Below are positions 21,303 to 33,134 of a DNA stretch of 64,000 nucleotides, in pieces. The number at the start of each line of letters is the position of its first letter. Position 1 is the first letter of the stretch. The notes under the pieces are model-generated. The model was not told the origin of the DNA. It was given only the letters and a program-made list of their open reading frames with translations, and ran no database searches. The position numbers were made by a program, and so were the translations under genes. The DNA is from an uncultured Actinomycetota bacterium. Lineage in GTDB: Bacteria > Actinomycetota > Actinomycetes > Mycobacteriales > Mycobacteriaceae. The stretch lies in contig CAVQFK010000003.1 of NCBI GenBank assembly GCA_963711755.1, positions 2,793 through 66,792 on the forward strand, in the 5' to 3' direction.

Positions 21303-22373
21303 ATGCGTACTTTCTACAAGTCCGTCGGCGCACTGCTGGCGGTCGTGGTGCTGTCGGTGACGCTGACCAATGTGCTGTATCCGTCCTCGAAGGCCCGCGG
21401 CTACCCGGTGATCGAGGCCGCCGCCATCGGATCGATCGGCTTTGCCGACTCCGACATGTGGGGCTACGGACCCGACGACGTCAACCGGGCGATGGACCTG
21501 ATGGTCGACACCGGCGTACAAAGCGTGCGCATCCTCATGCCGTGGGCCGGTGTTCAGCCCGATCCGGACACGTGGAACTGGGGCCAGGTCGACCTGATGG
21601 TCAACGCCGCCAACTCAAGGGGCCTTGGCGTGCTCGGCATCCTCAACTCCTCACCTGGTTGGGCGGCCGTGCCAGGCACGCTGCAATTCGCGGGCCCGCC
21701 GACGAACATGACCACCTACGGCGACTACGCGGCCGCGGTGGCGAGCCGCTACGCGGGCCGGGTGCAGGCCTACGAGATCTGGAACGAACCGAACTCGATC
21801 ATGTTCTGGGCGACAGGAGCCCAGGGCCCCGACGCCGCGCTCTACACGCAGATGCTCAAGACGGCCTACCCCCGCATCAAGGCCGCCGATCCGGGTGCCA
21901 CCGTCGTCGGCGGTGTGTTGGGCTGGGTGGTGTCGTTCGGATCGCTGACAGTGGACCCAGTGGTGTTCCTGCAGCGGATGTACGACGCCGGCGCGGCGGG
22001 CAGCATGGATGCGCTGTCGTTCCACCCGTACCACTACGGCATGAAGTTCTCCGCGGGCCGCGGCGTGCCCGACTCGCCGATGACCCAGCTGGAGGCCATG
22101 CGCGGGCTGATGGCGGCCAACGGTGATGGCGGCAAGAAGATCTGGGCCACCGAATACGGCGAACCCACTTCGTCGGTGGACGATGCGACGCAGGCCGACT
22201 ACCTCCGCGACTTCATCACCACGTGGCGGTCGCTGCCCTACACCGGTCCCGCGTTCATCTACACGCTTCGCGACAGGAACACCGGCAGCAGCAGCGATCA
22301 CGACACCCTCGGCGTGTACCGCACCGACTGGACACCCAAGCCGGCTCAGCAGGTCATCGCCTCGTTGAGCTGA
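21303..22373 (+). CDS. Secreted GH-A clan glycoside hydrolase (GH5/GH39-like)
   Basis: N-terminal signal/TM; EIWNEPN acid/base, SFHPY, IWATEYG nucleophile. Confidence 0.88.
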   Translation: MRTFYKSVGALLAVVVLSVTLTNVLYPSSKARGYPVIEAAAIGSIGFADSDMWGYGPDDVNRAMDLMVDTGVQSVRILMPWAGVQPDPDTWNWGQVDLMVNAANSRGLGVLGILNSSPGWAAVPGTLQFAGPPTNMTTYGDYAAAVASRYAGRVQAYEIWNEPNSIMFWATGAQGPDAALYTQMLKTAYPRIKAADPGATVVGGVLGWVVSFGSLTVDPVVFLQRMYDAGAAGSMDALSFHPYHYGMKFSAGRGVPDSPMTQLEAMRGLMAANGDGGKKIWATEYGEPTSSVDDATQADYLRDFITTWRSLPYTGPAFIYTLRDRNTGSSSDHDTLGVYRTDWTPKPAQQVIASLS

Positions 22374-22379
22374 GCGCGC

Positions 22380-23707
22380 TCAGCTCACGATCCGGTCGAT
22401 CGACTTGAGCGGGATCGGCAGCCAGCTCGGCCGGTGCCGCGCCTCGTAGGCGGCCTCGTACACCGCTTTGTCCAACTCGTATGCCGCGAGCAGGTGTCCG
22501 GAGTCCCTAGGGTCGGCGCCGGCCACCGCCGCATAGCCTTCGCAGAACGATGCGCTGTTGCGGTCCACCCATTCCCGCGCCCGCGCGGCGAGCTGGCGAT
22601 CGCGATCGTCGGCCCCTGAGTCCGAGGCCTGCTCCATGATGCGTTGGTAGGCAGCGTATTCGAACGACCGCAGCACACCCGCGACGTCCCGCAGCGGCGA
22701 ATCCGGCCGTCGCCGTTCGTCCAGCGGGTGTCCCGGCTCGCCCTCGAAGTCGATCAGCAGCCACGTCTCAGGCGTGCGCAGCACCTGGCCGAGGTGCAGA
22801 TCGCCATGGATCCGCTGCACGGTGATCGTCTCCTCGGCGAGCTTGCGGTAGCGCTCCTCGATCAGCGGAACGTACTGCTGCAGTTCGGGTACCGCCGTCG
22901 CCGCCGATGTCAGCCGGTCGAGCACCGCGTCGGCACCGAACACGGTGACGGACGTGCCAAGGTGCTCCGCGAGCGCGGCGTGCACCGAAGCGACCGCCTC
23001 ACCGAGCCGGTACGACTCCCCCGCGAAATCGCCACCGACCTCGTCGGCGTACAGGTCGCCCTCGGCGAACAGATCTCGGGTGCTGGCCATGGCCATGTCC
23101 CAGCCCTCCGCGGAGTTGCCCGCGAACTCGGTGACCATGCCAAGCGCGTACGGTTCGCCGCCGAGCGACGTTTCGTAGGAACCCAGGAGTCGCGCCACGT
23201 GCGGGTTGTTCGCACGGGCCAGCACCCTGTTCAGTTCGATGTCCGGATTGATGCCCGGCGTCACGCGGCGGAACACCTTGAACACGGCCATTTCTTCGAA
23301 GATCACGCTGGTGTTGCTCTGCTCCGCGCTGGACACCCGAGGCGCGGCATCAAGCGGCAACTCGATATCGGGTTCCCGCGTGAAGCGCACATCACCCACC
23401 GTCGCCGACGAATCGACCAGTGACAGAAGGTATTTCGCGTCGGCGGGGTTGTACAGCGCGTCGTACGCGGTGCGGTCGCCGTCCGCGCCGATGGTGGCGA
23501 CCGTGCTGTACTCCTCTATCGGCCCGGTATCCCAGCGCACGATCACCTGATAACACTCAGCCGACCCGTCGGTGTAGGACACCTCCAGCAAGATGAGGTC
23601 GAGGTCGTCTCGCAGTGAAACGACGACCCTCGGTTGCGCAGACGTCAGCTCACGGCTGCGGCCGGCATACCAGCGCTGCTGCGGTAACCATTCGTCAAAC
23701 GGCAGGT

Positions 23708-23711
<4 letters not shown>
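22380..23711 (-). CDS. mak: Maltokinase (Pep2)
   Basis: [35 protein letters not shown]; coupled to treS. Confidence 0.95.
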
Positions 23712-25492
<1,781 letters not shown>

Positions 25493-25504
25493 ACGGCCTT
25501 CAAC

Positions 25505-25531
25505 CTACCCACGTCGGCGGAAAATGAATCG
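25505..25531 (-). promoter_or_regulatory. SigF-type promoter of treS-mak
   Basis: Minus strand CGATT-N16-GGGTAG, 12 nt upstream of the treS ATG. Confidence 0.5.
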
Positions 25532-25662
25532 GCGCATTCGGAGTCCGAAAGTAACGGTTGAATCCATCGTCGGGACGGGTTACCGTTTCGGCGTCCAAGG
25601 TCAGTGTCGCCGGTGGACCCTCGCGCCGTCGCTGGCAATGTTTTCGACTATTGAAGAATCGA

Positions 25663-26127
25663 GTGGCTGTGGCAGATTCGGCCCCGAATGATGGTGAAGC
25701 TCCAGTTATCGTCGGCTTGTCCGATGCGGCGATGCACATGTACGCCGCCGCCATCGACGCCCTCCCCGACCCCCACGATCCCGAGTTCGCCGACCGCGCA
25801 GGGGTCATCCTGGCGGGGATGCGCAAACTGCAGGGGTCGCTGTCCGACGCCGCTGGCCGCAGCAGGGTCACGCCGTCGGTGATCGTCGCGCTCAGCGGTG
25901 TGCGGCATCGCTACGACGAGCTGATGGAATCCGCCTCCAACGGCCCTGGTGCCACGCTGGGGCAGCGGCTCTACATCGCACGGGGGCGCGCCAAGCTGTC
26001 GACGAAGGAAGCGGCCAACGGCGTCGGCCTTCGCAAGGATCTCATCGAGGCGGTCGAGGCCGAAGAGCCCGTGACCGAAGATGAGGCCAGCAAAATCAAG
26101 GATCTCATCGCCGCGCTCGGCGGCTGA
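25663..26127 (+). CDS. Conserved protein with a C-terminal XRE-type HTH
   Basis: TLGQRLYIARGRAKLSTKEAANGVGLRKDLIEAVE; start (GTG 25663 or 25669) uncertain. Confidence 0.75.
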   Translation: MAVADSAPNDGEAPVIVGLSDAAMHMYAAAIDALPDPHDPEFADRAGVILAGMRKLQGSLSDAAGRSRVTPSVIVALSGVRHRYDELMESASNGPGATLGQRLYIARGRAKLSTKEAANGVGLRKDLIEAVEAEEPVTEDEASKIKDLIAALGG

Positions 26128-26146
26128 CGTCCTCCTGACCGGGCGC

Positions 26147-27118
26147 CTACTGCAGGAAGCGCTCGGCGCCCGAGGTACGGATGAACCGGATGCTATTGGC
26201 CTGCCGGTACCCGATGACCCCTCCGCCGAAGGTGAGGAACATCAGCCCGGCCACACCTGGCAACGCAACGGCGGCGAGCTGAGCGGTCGTCGGGTTGCTC
26301 AGGTACCGCGAGTAACCCACCCGGGTGGCCTGCCCGCTCATCGGTGTCATGGTCGCCTTCGCGGCGTCCATCTTCGGTGACACCGAACCGCGGATCACCG
26401 GGGCGCGTGCGCCGGCAGCCGCGCCGGCGTTCGATGCGACGGGCGGAACGGCGGCCGCGGCGCCCAACGGTGCGGCGGGTGACACGCCGGGGATCGGGAT
26501 CGCAGGCGCGACCACGAGGGGGAGCTGGAATACCGACGGCGCCCCGGTCTCGGCGGCCATCGGATCGAGGCCACCACCGCCGCCGCCAGTGACGTCGAGA
26601 ACCGGCGCCTCCTGTTGGGTACGGAACGACGGCGTAGGCGTCGGCTCAGGCGCCGGCTGGGAAAAGCTGCTCAGGAAGCCGTCGATGCTCGGCACCGGCA
26701 CGTCGACGGTGCCGAAGAACATCTCAGGGGTGGGCCAGCCGGCCGCGGTGACTTCCTCCGGGCTCGGCAGCCGGAGCACAGGGATCGACAATGAGTGCTT
26801 GAACTTGGGCCAGCCGCCGAATCCGGCCGCAGGCTTCTTTTCCTCTTCTACCGCGGGCTTCTTGTCGTCAACTTCTCGGCCATTGCCGACCGTGCTTGGC
26901 GGGGGCTCGTTCTCCGACTTGGATTCGCCGCCACCCTCGGCGCCGCCGGAATTGTCGTCGGCACTGGTAGGCGCCGATGCGCCGTCGACGCCCGCGCTGC
27001 TGGATTCGTCGGGCTCGGCGATCGCTATCCCTGCTCCGGCGCCACTGAGCAGCACCGCGGTTGCAAGCGCGCCGGCACACGCGATAGAACGCAATGCCGA
27101 CGTGGTCACAATCGTCAC
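26147..27118 (-). CDS. Secreted Pro/Ala-rich protein with a C-terminal membrane anchor
   Basis: Signal peptide ending AIA-EP; low-complexity linker; ALPGVAGLMFLTFGGGVIGYRQA tail. Confidence 0.75.
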   Translation of the reverse strand: MTIVTTSALRSIACAGALATAVLLSGAGAGIAIAEPDESSSAGVDGASAPTSADDNSGGAEGGGESKSENEPPPSTVGNGREVDDKKPAVEEEKKPAAGFGGWPKFKHSLSIPVLRLPSPEEVTAAGWPTPEMFFGTVDVPVPSIDGFLSSFSQPAPEPTPTPSFRTQQEAPVLDVTGGGGGGLDPMAAETGAPSVFQLPLVVAPAIPIPGVSPAAPLGAAAAVPPVASNAGAAAGARAPVIRGSVSPKMDAAKATMTPMSGQATRVGYSRYLSNPTTAQLAAVALPGVAGLMFLTFGGGVIGYRQANSIRFIRTSGAERFLQ

Positions 27119-27287
27119 CCTCCCCGATTCAAAGGTTGCTCGCCAGAGCCAATTATGCGCGCAATTCTCGCATATTCACCACGAATAGTTACTAAGAAAT
27201 TTTTGCTGGAATTCCGACGTAATCAACGGATGCGTCAGTTTGCATCGCCGGCCCGGCAACCTCGTGGCATTTCGGTAGGGTGCCCAG

Positions 27288-28088
27288 GTGGTGTCCCGCG
27301 ATCACGGCGACCCGGGCGATGCCCCGTCGACCGCACCCCCGTTAACCGATGTGGCGAATTCCGTTCAATCCTCGGCCGCAGAACAAGCGCGCACAATTGC
27401 CGCGTCGACCAATGTCGGCACACTTGCAACTCTGAGCGCCGATGGTTCGCCGTGGGCCTCGTTCGTGACCTATGGGCTGCTCGGTGGCGCGCCGGTGCTG
27501 TGTGTCTCCAACATGGCCGAGCACGGCCGCAACCTGACCGCCGATACGCGGGCGAGCATCGCGATCGTCGCGCCCACCACGAATACCGACCCCCTCGCCA
27601 GCGGGCGGGTAACGCTCGCGGGCGTCGTCGAGCACCCAGAAGGCGACGAACGCATCGCCGCCCGCGATGCACACCTCGCCGCCGTCGCCGCGGCGAAGTA
27701 CTACATCGACTACAGCGACTTCTCGCTGTGGGTGCTGCGGGTGGCGCGGGTGCGCTGGGTCGGCGGCTACGGCCGGATGGACTCCGCGACGGGTGAGGCG
27801 TACGCGGGCGCCGAACCCGACCCGGTGCAGCCGAATGCGGCGGGGGCGATCGATCACCTCAATGCCGACCACGCCGAGTCCCTCGTCGAGATGGCCAAGG
27901 CGCTGGGCGGCTACCCGGACGCCACCGCGGCCACCTGCACCGGCGCTGACCGCTACGGCCTGGATCTGCGGGTCATCACCGACCGGGGCATGGCGTATAC
28001 CCGCGTCGGCTACGCCGCTCCGATCGACTCCATCGACGAATTGCGTTCGGCCACGGTGCAGCTGGTGCGCCTGGCCCGCCAAGGCTGA
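27288..28088 (+). CDS. HugZ-like pyridoxamine 5'-phosphate oxidase family protein with DUF2470
   Basis: GTLATL..DGSPWAS, S.MAEHGRNL, RWVGGYGRM, IDHLNADH, GADRYGLDL; start uncertain. Confidence 0.85.
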   Translation: MVSRDHGDPGDAPSTAPPLTDVANSVQSSAAEQARTIAASTNVGTLATLSADGSPWASFVTYGLLGGAPVLCVSNMAEHGRNLTADTRASIAIVAPTTNTDPLASGRVTLAGVVEHPEGDERIAARDAHLAAVAAAKYYIDYSDFSLWVLRVARVRWVGGYGRMDSATGEAYAGAEPDPVQPNAAGAIDHLNADHAESLVEMAKALGGYPDATAATCTGADRYGLDLRVITDRGMAYTRVGYAAPIDSIDELRSATVQLVRLARQG

Positions 28089-28104
28089 AATACGATTCGG
28101 AGTT

Positions 28105-28692
28105 ATGTCTGCTGCGGCTTCATCCTCACCCCGTCCCGCCACCTGGCAAGCCGCCTTCGACCTCATCCGCACCCGCGGGCACGAGCATCGCGACGAACCG
28201 TTCAAGTTGGCCAGCGGCCAACTCAGCCACGACTACATCGACGGCAAGTACGCCGTCGACACCGGCGAACGGCTCGCGATCGTCAGCCATGCCATCGCGG
28301 ATCTGGCCTCGCTTCATGGCATCGAGTTCGATGCGATCGGCGGCCTCACCATGGGCGCCGACCCGCTGGCGCATGGCGTCGCCATGGTCACAGGCAAGGC
28401 GTGGTTCTCGGTCCGCAAGGAGCAGAAGCAGCGCGGCCACGAGGGCTGGATCGAAGGCACCCGGCTCGAAGCGGGAACGCGGGTGCTGCTTGTCGACGAT
28501 GTGATCAGCACGGGCGGGTCCACCGAGAAAGCGTTCGACCGGGTGACGGCGCTTGGCGCGGTCGTCACCGGCGTCATCCCGATGGTCGACCGCGGCGACG
28601 TCGCCGCCAAGCGCTTCGCGGCGCGCAATGTGCCGTTCGTCGCGCTGGTCACCTACCGCGATCTCGGCATCGAACCGGTCAAGGACGTCTAG
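28105..28692 (+). CDS. pyrE: Orotate phosphoribosyltransferase-like protein
   Basis: FKLASGQLSHDYID, GGLTMGADP, VRKEQKQRG, LLVDDVISTGGST PRPP motif. Confidence 0.8.
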   Translation: MSAAASSSPRPATWQAAFDLIRTRGHEHRDEPFKLASGQLSHDYIDGKYAVDTGERLAIVSHAIADLASLHGIEFDAIGGLTMGADPLAHGVAMVTGKAWFSVRKEQKQRGHEGWIEGTRLEAGTRVLLVDDVISTGGSTEKAFDRVTALGAVVTGVIPMVDRGDVAAKRFAARNVPFVALVTYRDLGIEPVKDV

Positions 28693-28698
28693 TTCTTC

Positions 28699-28760
28699 GC
28701 CGAACGTGGATTACCCGCACGCTTTTTGGTGATTTCGCGTGCGGGTAATCCACGTTCGTC
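28699..28760. repeat. 62-nt palindromic REP-like element, copy 1
   Basis: Perfect 22-bp stem (28701-22/28737-58) with a 14-nt loop; 58/62 identical to copy 2. Confidence 0.9.
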
Positions 28761-28761
28761 C

Positions 28762-29664
28762 CTAGATGAGGTCGTTGAGTCGGGCGTCGAGGCGGACTTC
28801 GGCCCACTGGGGCCAGCCCGCGGCGCGCATCGCCTCTTGGACCCGCGCGAGGAAGACCTGCGGCCGGTATCGCAGAATGTCGCGGCTGACGCGAATGATC
28901 ACCCAGCCCTGGGCTGCCAAATCGGCGAGTCGATCGATGTCGTGGGCTTGAATGTCCGGGTTGGTCCAGTGCTGCGGCCCGTCGTATTCGATGCCGACCT
29001 TCCACTCCTGAAAGCCCATGTCGACGCGGCCGATGAAGTCACCGAATTCGTTGCAGACCACGATCTGCGTCTGCGGCCGGGGAAACCCCGCGGCGATCAA
29101 CAGCAGTCGCGTGCGGGTCTCCTGCGGGGACTCCGCGCCACCATCCATCAGATCGGCGACGCGCCGCAACTGGACGATGCCGCGAACTCCGCGGTGTCGT
29201 TCGGCGATGCATCCGACGTCGACCGCCTTGAGTCCGGTGGCGTTCGCCAGTGCGTCGACGCGAATGATCGCGGTGGTCAACGTGTCTCGCCGACCGAGAT
29301 CGAATGCCGTACGGGCGGCGGTCGTCACCGGCATTCCGTCGATCGTCGTGACCTCCTCATCACAGAGTTGGTAGCGGTGGATCACGATGCCCTCGGGCGG
29401 GCGCGCCTCGGTGCGAATCAGTTCCGCGGGCAGTTCGTGATCGATCCACGACGACCCGTGCATCGCGGCGGCCGATAACCCGGCCAGAGTGGGCTCGCGT
29501 CTTGCCCACAACCACGCGGCCATCGCTCGCCGCACCGGCGTGAGTTCCACGTCGTTTGGCAGGTAGACGTTGCGGTAGACCATCGTGTGCTTGGCCAGCG
29601 CGCGACGGCTGACCGCGCCCGCGGCCAGCGCTTCGGTTCCGATGAACGGCAATTGGTTATCCAT
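28762..29664 (-). CDS. DUF559/Vsr-like endonuclease domain protein with an AbiEi-like N-terminus
   Basis: PFIGTEALAAG, G.SAAAMHG, TTAARTAFDL, GAESPQET, RVDMG...IEYDGPQH, GWVIIRV. Confidence 0.88.
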   Translation of the reverse strand: MDNQLPFIGTEALAAGAVSRRALAKHTMVYRNVYLPNDVELTPVRRAMAAWLWARREPTLAGLSAAAMHGSSWIDHELPAELIRTEARPPEGIVIHRYQLCDEEVTTIDGMPVTTAARTAFDLGRRDTLTTAIIRVDALANATGLKAVDVGCIAERHRGVRGIVQLRRVADLMDGGAESPQETRTRLLLIAAGFPRPQTQIVVCNEFGDFIGRVDMGFQEWKVGIEYDGPQHWTNPDIQAHDIDRLADLAAQGWVIIRVSRDILRYRPQVFLARVQEAMRAAGWPQWAEVRLDARLNDLI

Positions 29665-29752
29665 GCGCCGACCTTCGGTGCGCGTGCAGACGCGATCCGG
29701 GTCAGCGGAACATCGCACCCCCGGCCCTGTGGATGAACGCGCGCTTGGGGAT

Positions 29753-29814
29753 GCCGAACGTGGATTACCGGCACGCATTTTGGCGATTTCGCGTGCGGGT
29801 AATCCACGTTCGGC
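29753..29814. repeat. 62-nt palindromic REP-like element, copy 2
   Basis: 24-bp stem with one mismatch (29753-76/29791-814), 14-nt loop, same orientation as copy 1. Confidence 0.9.
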
Positions 29815-29904
29815 GTGAGGGGCTGGCGTAAGTATTGGCTTCTCCCGCGTCAAGACCACGTCAAGACTGGTGAACTTTGCCCCAGGTGGGCGCACCGTGG
29901 CGAT

Positions 29905-31272
29905 ATGACCTTGCTGGACTTTCTGCCGTCGTTGCACCGCGCGGCCACGCCCCGAATAGACCCGGCGATCTGGCCGTCCACGGCGACCGTCGATGAGCTG
30001 GGCCGGCTGTGCGTCGCGAACGTGGCGCTGCCGGAGATCGCCGACGAATTCCGGACCCCCACCTACGTTCTCGACGAGACTGACTTTCGGCGCAGGCTGA
30101 AGCACTACCGCACAATGCTGCGCGACGCCGAAATCGTGTATGCCGCCAAATCACTGCTGACGACCGACGTCGCGCGCTGGGTGGCCGACGAAGGGGCAGG
30201 ACTCGACGTCAGTTCTGGCGGCGAACTGGCGATCGCGCTGGCCGCGGGCTTCGACCCTGCGCGAATCGTCATGCACGGCAACGCCAAGACCGTCGACGAG
30301 CTGCGCGACGCGGCCGCCGTCGGGGTCGGCCGCATCGTCGTGGATTCGTCGATGGAGATCGCCTTCCTGGCCTGCGAGGTGAGCAGACCGCAGAAGGTGC
30401 TGATCCGGGTCACCCCCGACATCGACATCGGCGGCCATGCCGCGGTCACGACAGGGGTCAACGATCAGAAGTTCGGCTTCGCGCTGGCCGACGATCGCGC
30501 CGCCGATGTTGCCAAACGCATTCTGCACCAACCACTTCTGAACCTTGTCGGACTGCATTGCCATATCGGTTCACAGATCACCGATCCGATGTTGTTCGGC
30601 GAAGCGATCCACCGGATGATCTCCGCGATGGCCGACATCAGGGCAAGGCACGGCGTGCTCCTGCACGAACTCAACATCGGCGGCGGGCACGCAGTGCCCT
30701 ACGTCAGCGGCGATCCCGAGCTCGACCTCGCCGAGCTGGCCAACGTCATCGACGACGCGCTTGATTTGGCGTGCGCGACCGAACGATTCCCCCGTCCGCG
30801 TCTGGTTGTCGAGCCGGGACGCGCCATCAGTGCCCGCGCCGGGGTGACGCTGTACCGGGTCGTTTCGGTGAAGTCGCAGCCGGGCGGGCGCACGTTCGTC
30901 TCGGTGGACGGCGGCATGTCAGACAACCCGCGCGTCGCGCTATACGGTGCGAAATACACTGTGGCGCTGGCTAACCGACACGTGCTGGGCCCGACGAACG
31001 TGGTAACCATCGCCGGAAGGCATTGCGAAGCCGGCGACGAGATCGCCCGCGATGTCGAGTTGCCCGCCGACATCCATCCCGGCGATCTGCTGGCGGTCGC
31101 GTGCACAGGTGCGTACCAGCACAGCATGGCGTCCAACTACAACATGGTGGGCCGTCCGCCGATCGTTGCCGTCCGGCGCGGCCAGTTGACCGAGATCGTG
31201 CGCCGCGAGACGACCGCCGATCTCCTTGCCCGCGACCGCGGATGGTCAGGCGGTGTCGCGCGGTACGATTAG
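29905..31272 (+). CDS. lysA: Diaminopimelate decarboxylase (paralog)
   Basis: YAAKS PLP Lys, HGNAK, HCHIGSQI, EPGR, DGGMSDNPR, GRHCEAGD, GAYQHSMASNYN. Confidence 0.88.
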   Translation: MTLLDFLPSLHRAATPRIDPAIWPSTATVDELGRLCVANVALPEIADEFRTPTYVLDETDFRRRLKHYRTMLRDAEIVYAAKSLLTTDVARWVADEGAGLDVSSGGELAIALAAGFDPARIVMHGNAKTVDELRDAAAVGVGRIVVDSSMEIAFLACEVSRPQKVLIRVTPDIDIGGHAAVTTGVNDQKFGFALADDRAADVAKRILHQPLLNLVGLHCHIGSQITDPMLFGEAIHRMISAMADIRARHGVLLHELNIGGGHAVPYVSGDPELDLAELANVIDDALDLACATERFPRPRLVVEPGRAISARAGVTLYRVVSVKSQPGGRTFVSVDGGMSDNPRVALYGAKYTVALANRHVLGPTNVVTIAGRHCEAGDEIARDVELPADIHPGDLLAVACTGAYQHSMASNYNMVGRPPIVAVRRGQLTEIVRRETTADLLARDRGWSGGVARYD

Positions 31273-32301
31273 GACGCCGCTCGGTTCGACGCCAACTGTC
31301 ACCGCGTCGCCTGGCGTGAATGCCCTTGCCGCCGAGCTGCCCATCTGGGCGCTGATCACCACACCGTCAGCCAGCGTGACGTACACCCTGGAGATCGGCC
31401 CGAGGAACGCCACCGAGCTGATGGTCGAGGTGCCCGCTGCGTCGGCGGCGACGGTGACCGATTCCGGCCGCACCATCGCCAGGCCGTCACCATCGGTGAT
31501 CGACCCGTCGAGCGCGGGCACCGAGACCCCGAGTACATGGGCGCGTCCACCCGAAACCTGTGCCGACACTTTGTTGTTCAGTCCGACGAACTCCGCGACG
31601 AACGGCGTCGCGGGGTTGGCGTACAAGTCGGCGGGCGCCGCGAGTTGTTCGAGCTTGCCCTGGCTCATCACCCCGACCCGGTCGGCGACGGCCAGCGCCT
31701 CCTCCTGGTCGTGGGTGACGAACAATGTCGTGGTGCCGATCTCGAGCTGCACCCGGCGGATCTCGTCGCGAAGCTGCGCGCGCACCTTGGCGTCCAGCGC
31801 CGACAGCGGTTCGTCGAGCAGCAGCACCCGCGGTGCGATGGCCAGCGCGCGTGCCAGCGCGACGCGCTGCTGCTGACCGCCTGACAGCTCGGTGGCGTAC
31901 TTGTGCTTGTGCGCGGACAGTCCGACCAGGTCGAGCATGTCCGCGGCGCGAGAGGTGCGCTCCGCCTTGGCTTTACCGCGCATCTTGAGCCCGAACGCGA
32001 TGTTGTCTAGCACGGTCAGGTGCGGGAAAAGGCTGTACGCCTGGAACACCATGCCCATGTCGCGCTTGTTGGCTGGCACCTTGCTGACGTCCTGCCCGCC
32101 GACCGAAACGGTGCCGGAGGTGGCCTCGTCGAGTCCGGCAAGGATGCGAAGGGCCGTCGTCTTGCCGCAGCCCGACGGGCCGAGCAGTGCCACCAGCTCA
32201 CCCGGTTCCATCCGCAGGGTGAGGCCGTCGAGCGCCTTGACGGTGCCGTAGACCCGGGTCAGGTCGCTGAGTTCCACGGCGACTCCGGCATTCGAGCTCA
32301 T
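31246..32301 (-). CDS. ABC transporter ATP-binding protein (PotA/Fe3+-like, TOBE)
   Basis: GPSGCGKT, LSGGQQQRVALARAL, LLLDEP, VTHDQEEA. Confidence 0.93.
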   Translation of the reverse strand: MSSNAGVAVELSDLTRVYGTVKALDGLTLRMEPGELVALLGPSGCGKTTALRILAGLDEATSGTVSVGGQDVSKVPANKRDMGMVFQAYSLFPHLTVLDNIAFGLKMRGKAKAERTSRAADMLDLVGLSAHKHKYATELSGGQQQRVALARALAIAPRVLLLDEPLSALDAKVRAQLRDEIRRVQLEIGTTTLFVTHDQEEALAVADRVGVMSQGKLEQLAAPADLYANPATPFVAEFVGLNNKVSAQVSGGRAHVLGVSVPALDGSITDGDGLAMVRPESVTVAADAAGTSTISSVAFLGPISRVYVTLADGVVISAQMGSSAARAFTPGDAVTVGVEPSGVLIVPRDTA

Positions 32302-33134
32302 TTGGGCGCTCCAGGTTGTGCGGTGGGGGTGGGTGCGGGGACGGCGGGGTCCGCGGCGATGGTTCGCCTGCGCCCACGCGTCACCATCGAAAGGATCAGC
32401 AGCAGAGCGAATCCGAACAGCAGCACGGCCAGCGAGGCGGCCACCGACGTCGGCCCGTCGCTCTTGCCGATCTGAACGATCTGCACCTGCAATGTCTGGT
32501 AGCCGCTCAGCGACGCGATGGTGTACTCGCCGAGGACCACCGCGATCGAGATGAACGAGGCCGAAAGGATGCCCGACCAGATGTTGGGCACCACCACCCG
32601 CAGGATCGTGGTCGTCCAGCCGGCACCAAGCGAGCGCGCCGCCTCGGCGAGCGTCTTCAAATCGATCGACGACAGCGCGGCATCGATCGCGCGGTACGCG
32701 AACGGCAGCACCACCACTACGTAGACGAACGTCAGGGTCAGCGCGGACTCGCCGAAGAAATACGTCACCCACAGGTACACATTGCGCAACCCGACCACGA
32801 TTACCAGTGCCGGGATGGTCAGCGGTAGCAGGCACAGAAACTCGACCAAGCCCTTGGCCCACGGTGTCCGCAGCCGCACCCAGATCATCGTCGGCACAAG
32901 GACCACCAGCATCGCCACGACCGTGAGCACCGCAAGCGATAGCGAGATCACGATCGCCTGATACAGCGCCTCGTCGGCGACCAGGTTCGTCCACGCCTGC
33001 AGGGTCCGCCCGCCCGCGATGAGGTTGCGGGTGGAGAAGTCGGCCATGGCGTACAGCGGGAACAGGAAGAACAGCCCGAACGCCACCCACAGGGCTACGC
33101 GAAAGACGTTGCCGCCCAATGTTGTGCGTCTCAT
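32298..33134 (-). CDS. ABC transporter permease
   Basis: About 6 TM; EAARSLGA EAA loop. Confidence 0.92.
   Translation of the reverse strand: MRRTTLGGNVFRVALWVAFGLFFLFPLYAMADFSTRNLIAGGRTLQAWTNLVADEALYQAIVISLSLAVLTVVAMLVVLVPTMIWVRLRTPWAKGLVEFLCLLPLTIPALVIVVGLRNVYLWVTYFFGESALTLTFVYVVVVLPFAYRAIDAALSSIDLKTLAEAARSLGAGWTTTILRVVVPNIWSGILSASFISIAVVLGEYTIASLSGYQTLQVQIVQIGKSDGPTSVAASLAVLLFGFALLLILSMVTRGRRRTIAADPAVPAPTPTAQPGAPK

Noticed and set aside
27119-27287. AT-rich intergenic stretch
   Set aside because: Consistent with ordinary divergent promoters; no repeat or stable structure recognised.
28699-29814. Palindromic repeats read as a CRISPR array or IS terminal inverted repeats
   Set aside because: Only two 62-nt copies about 1 kb apart, with no spacer array, no cas or DDE/HUH transposase gene and no target-site duplication; kept as a REP-like cassette instead.
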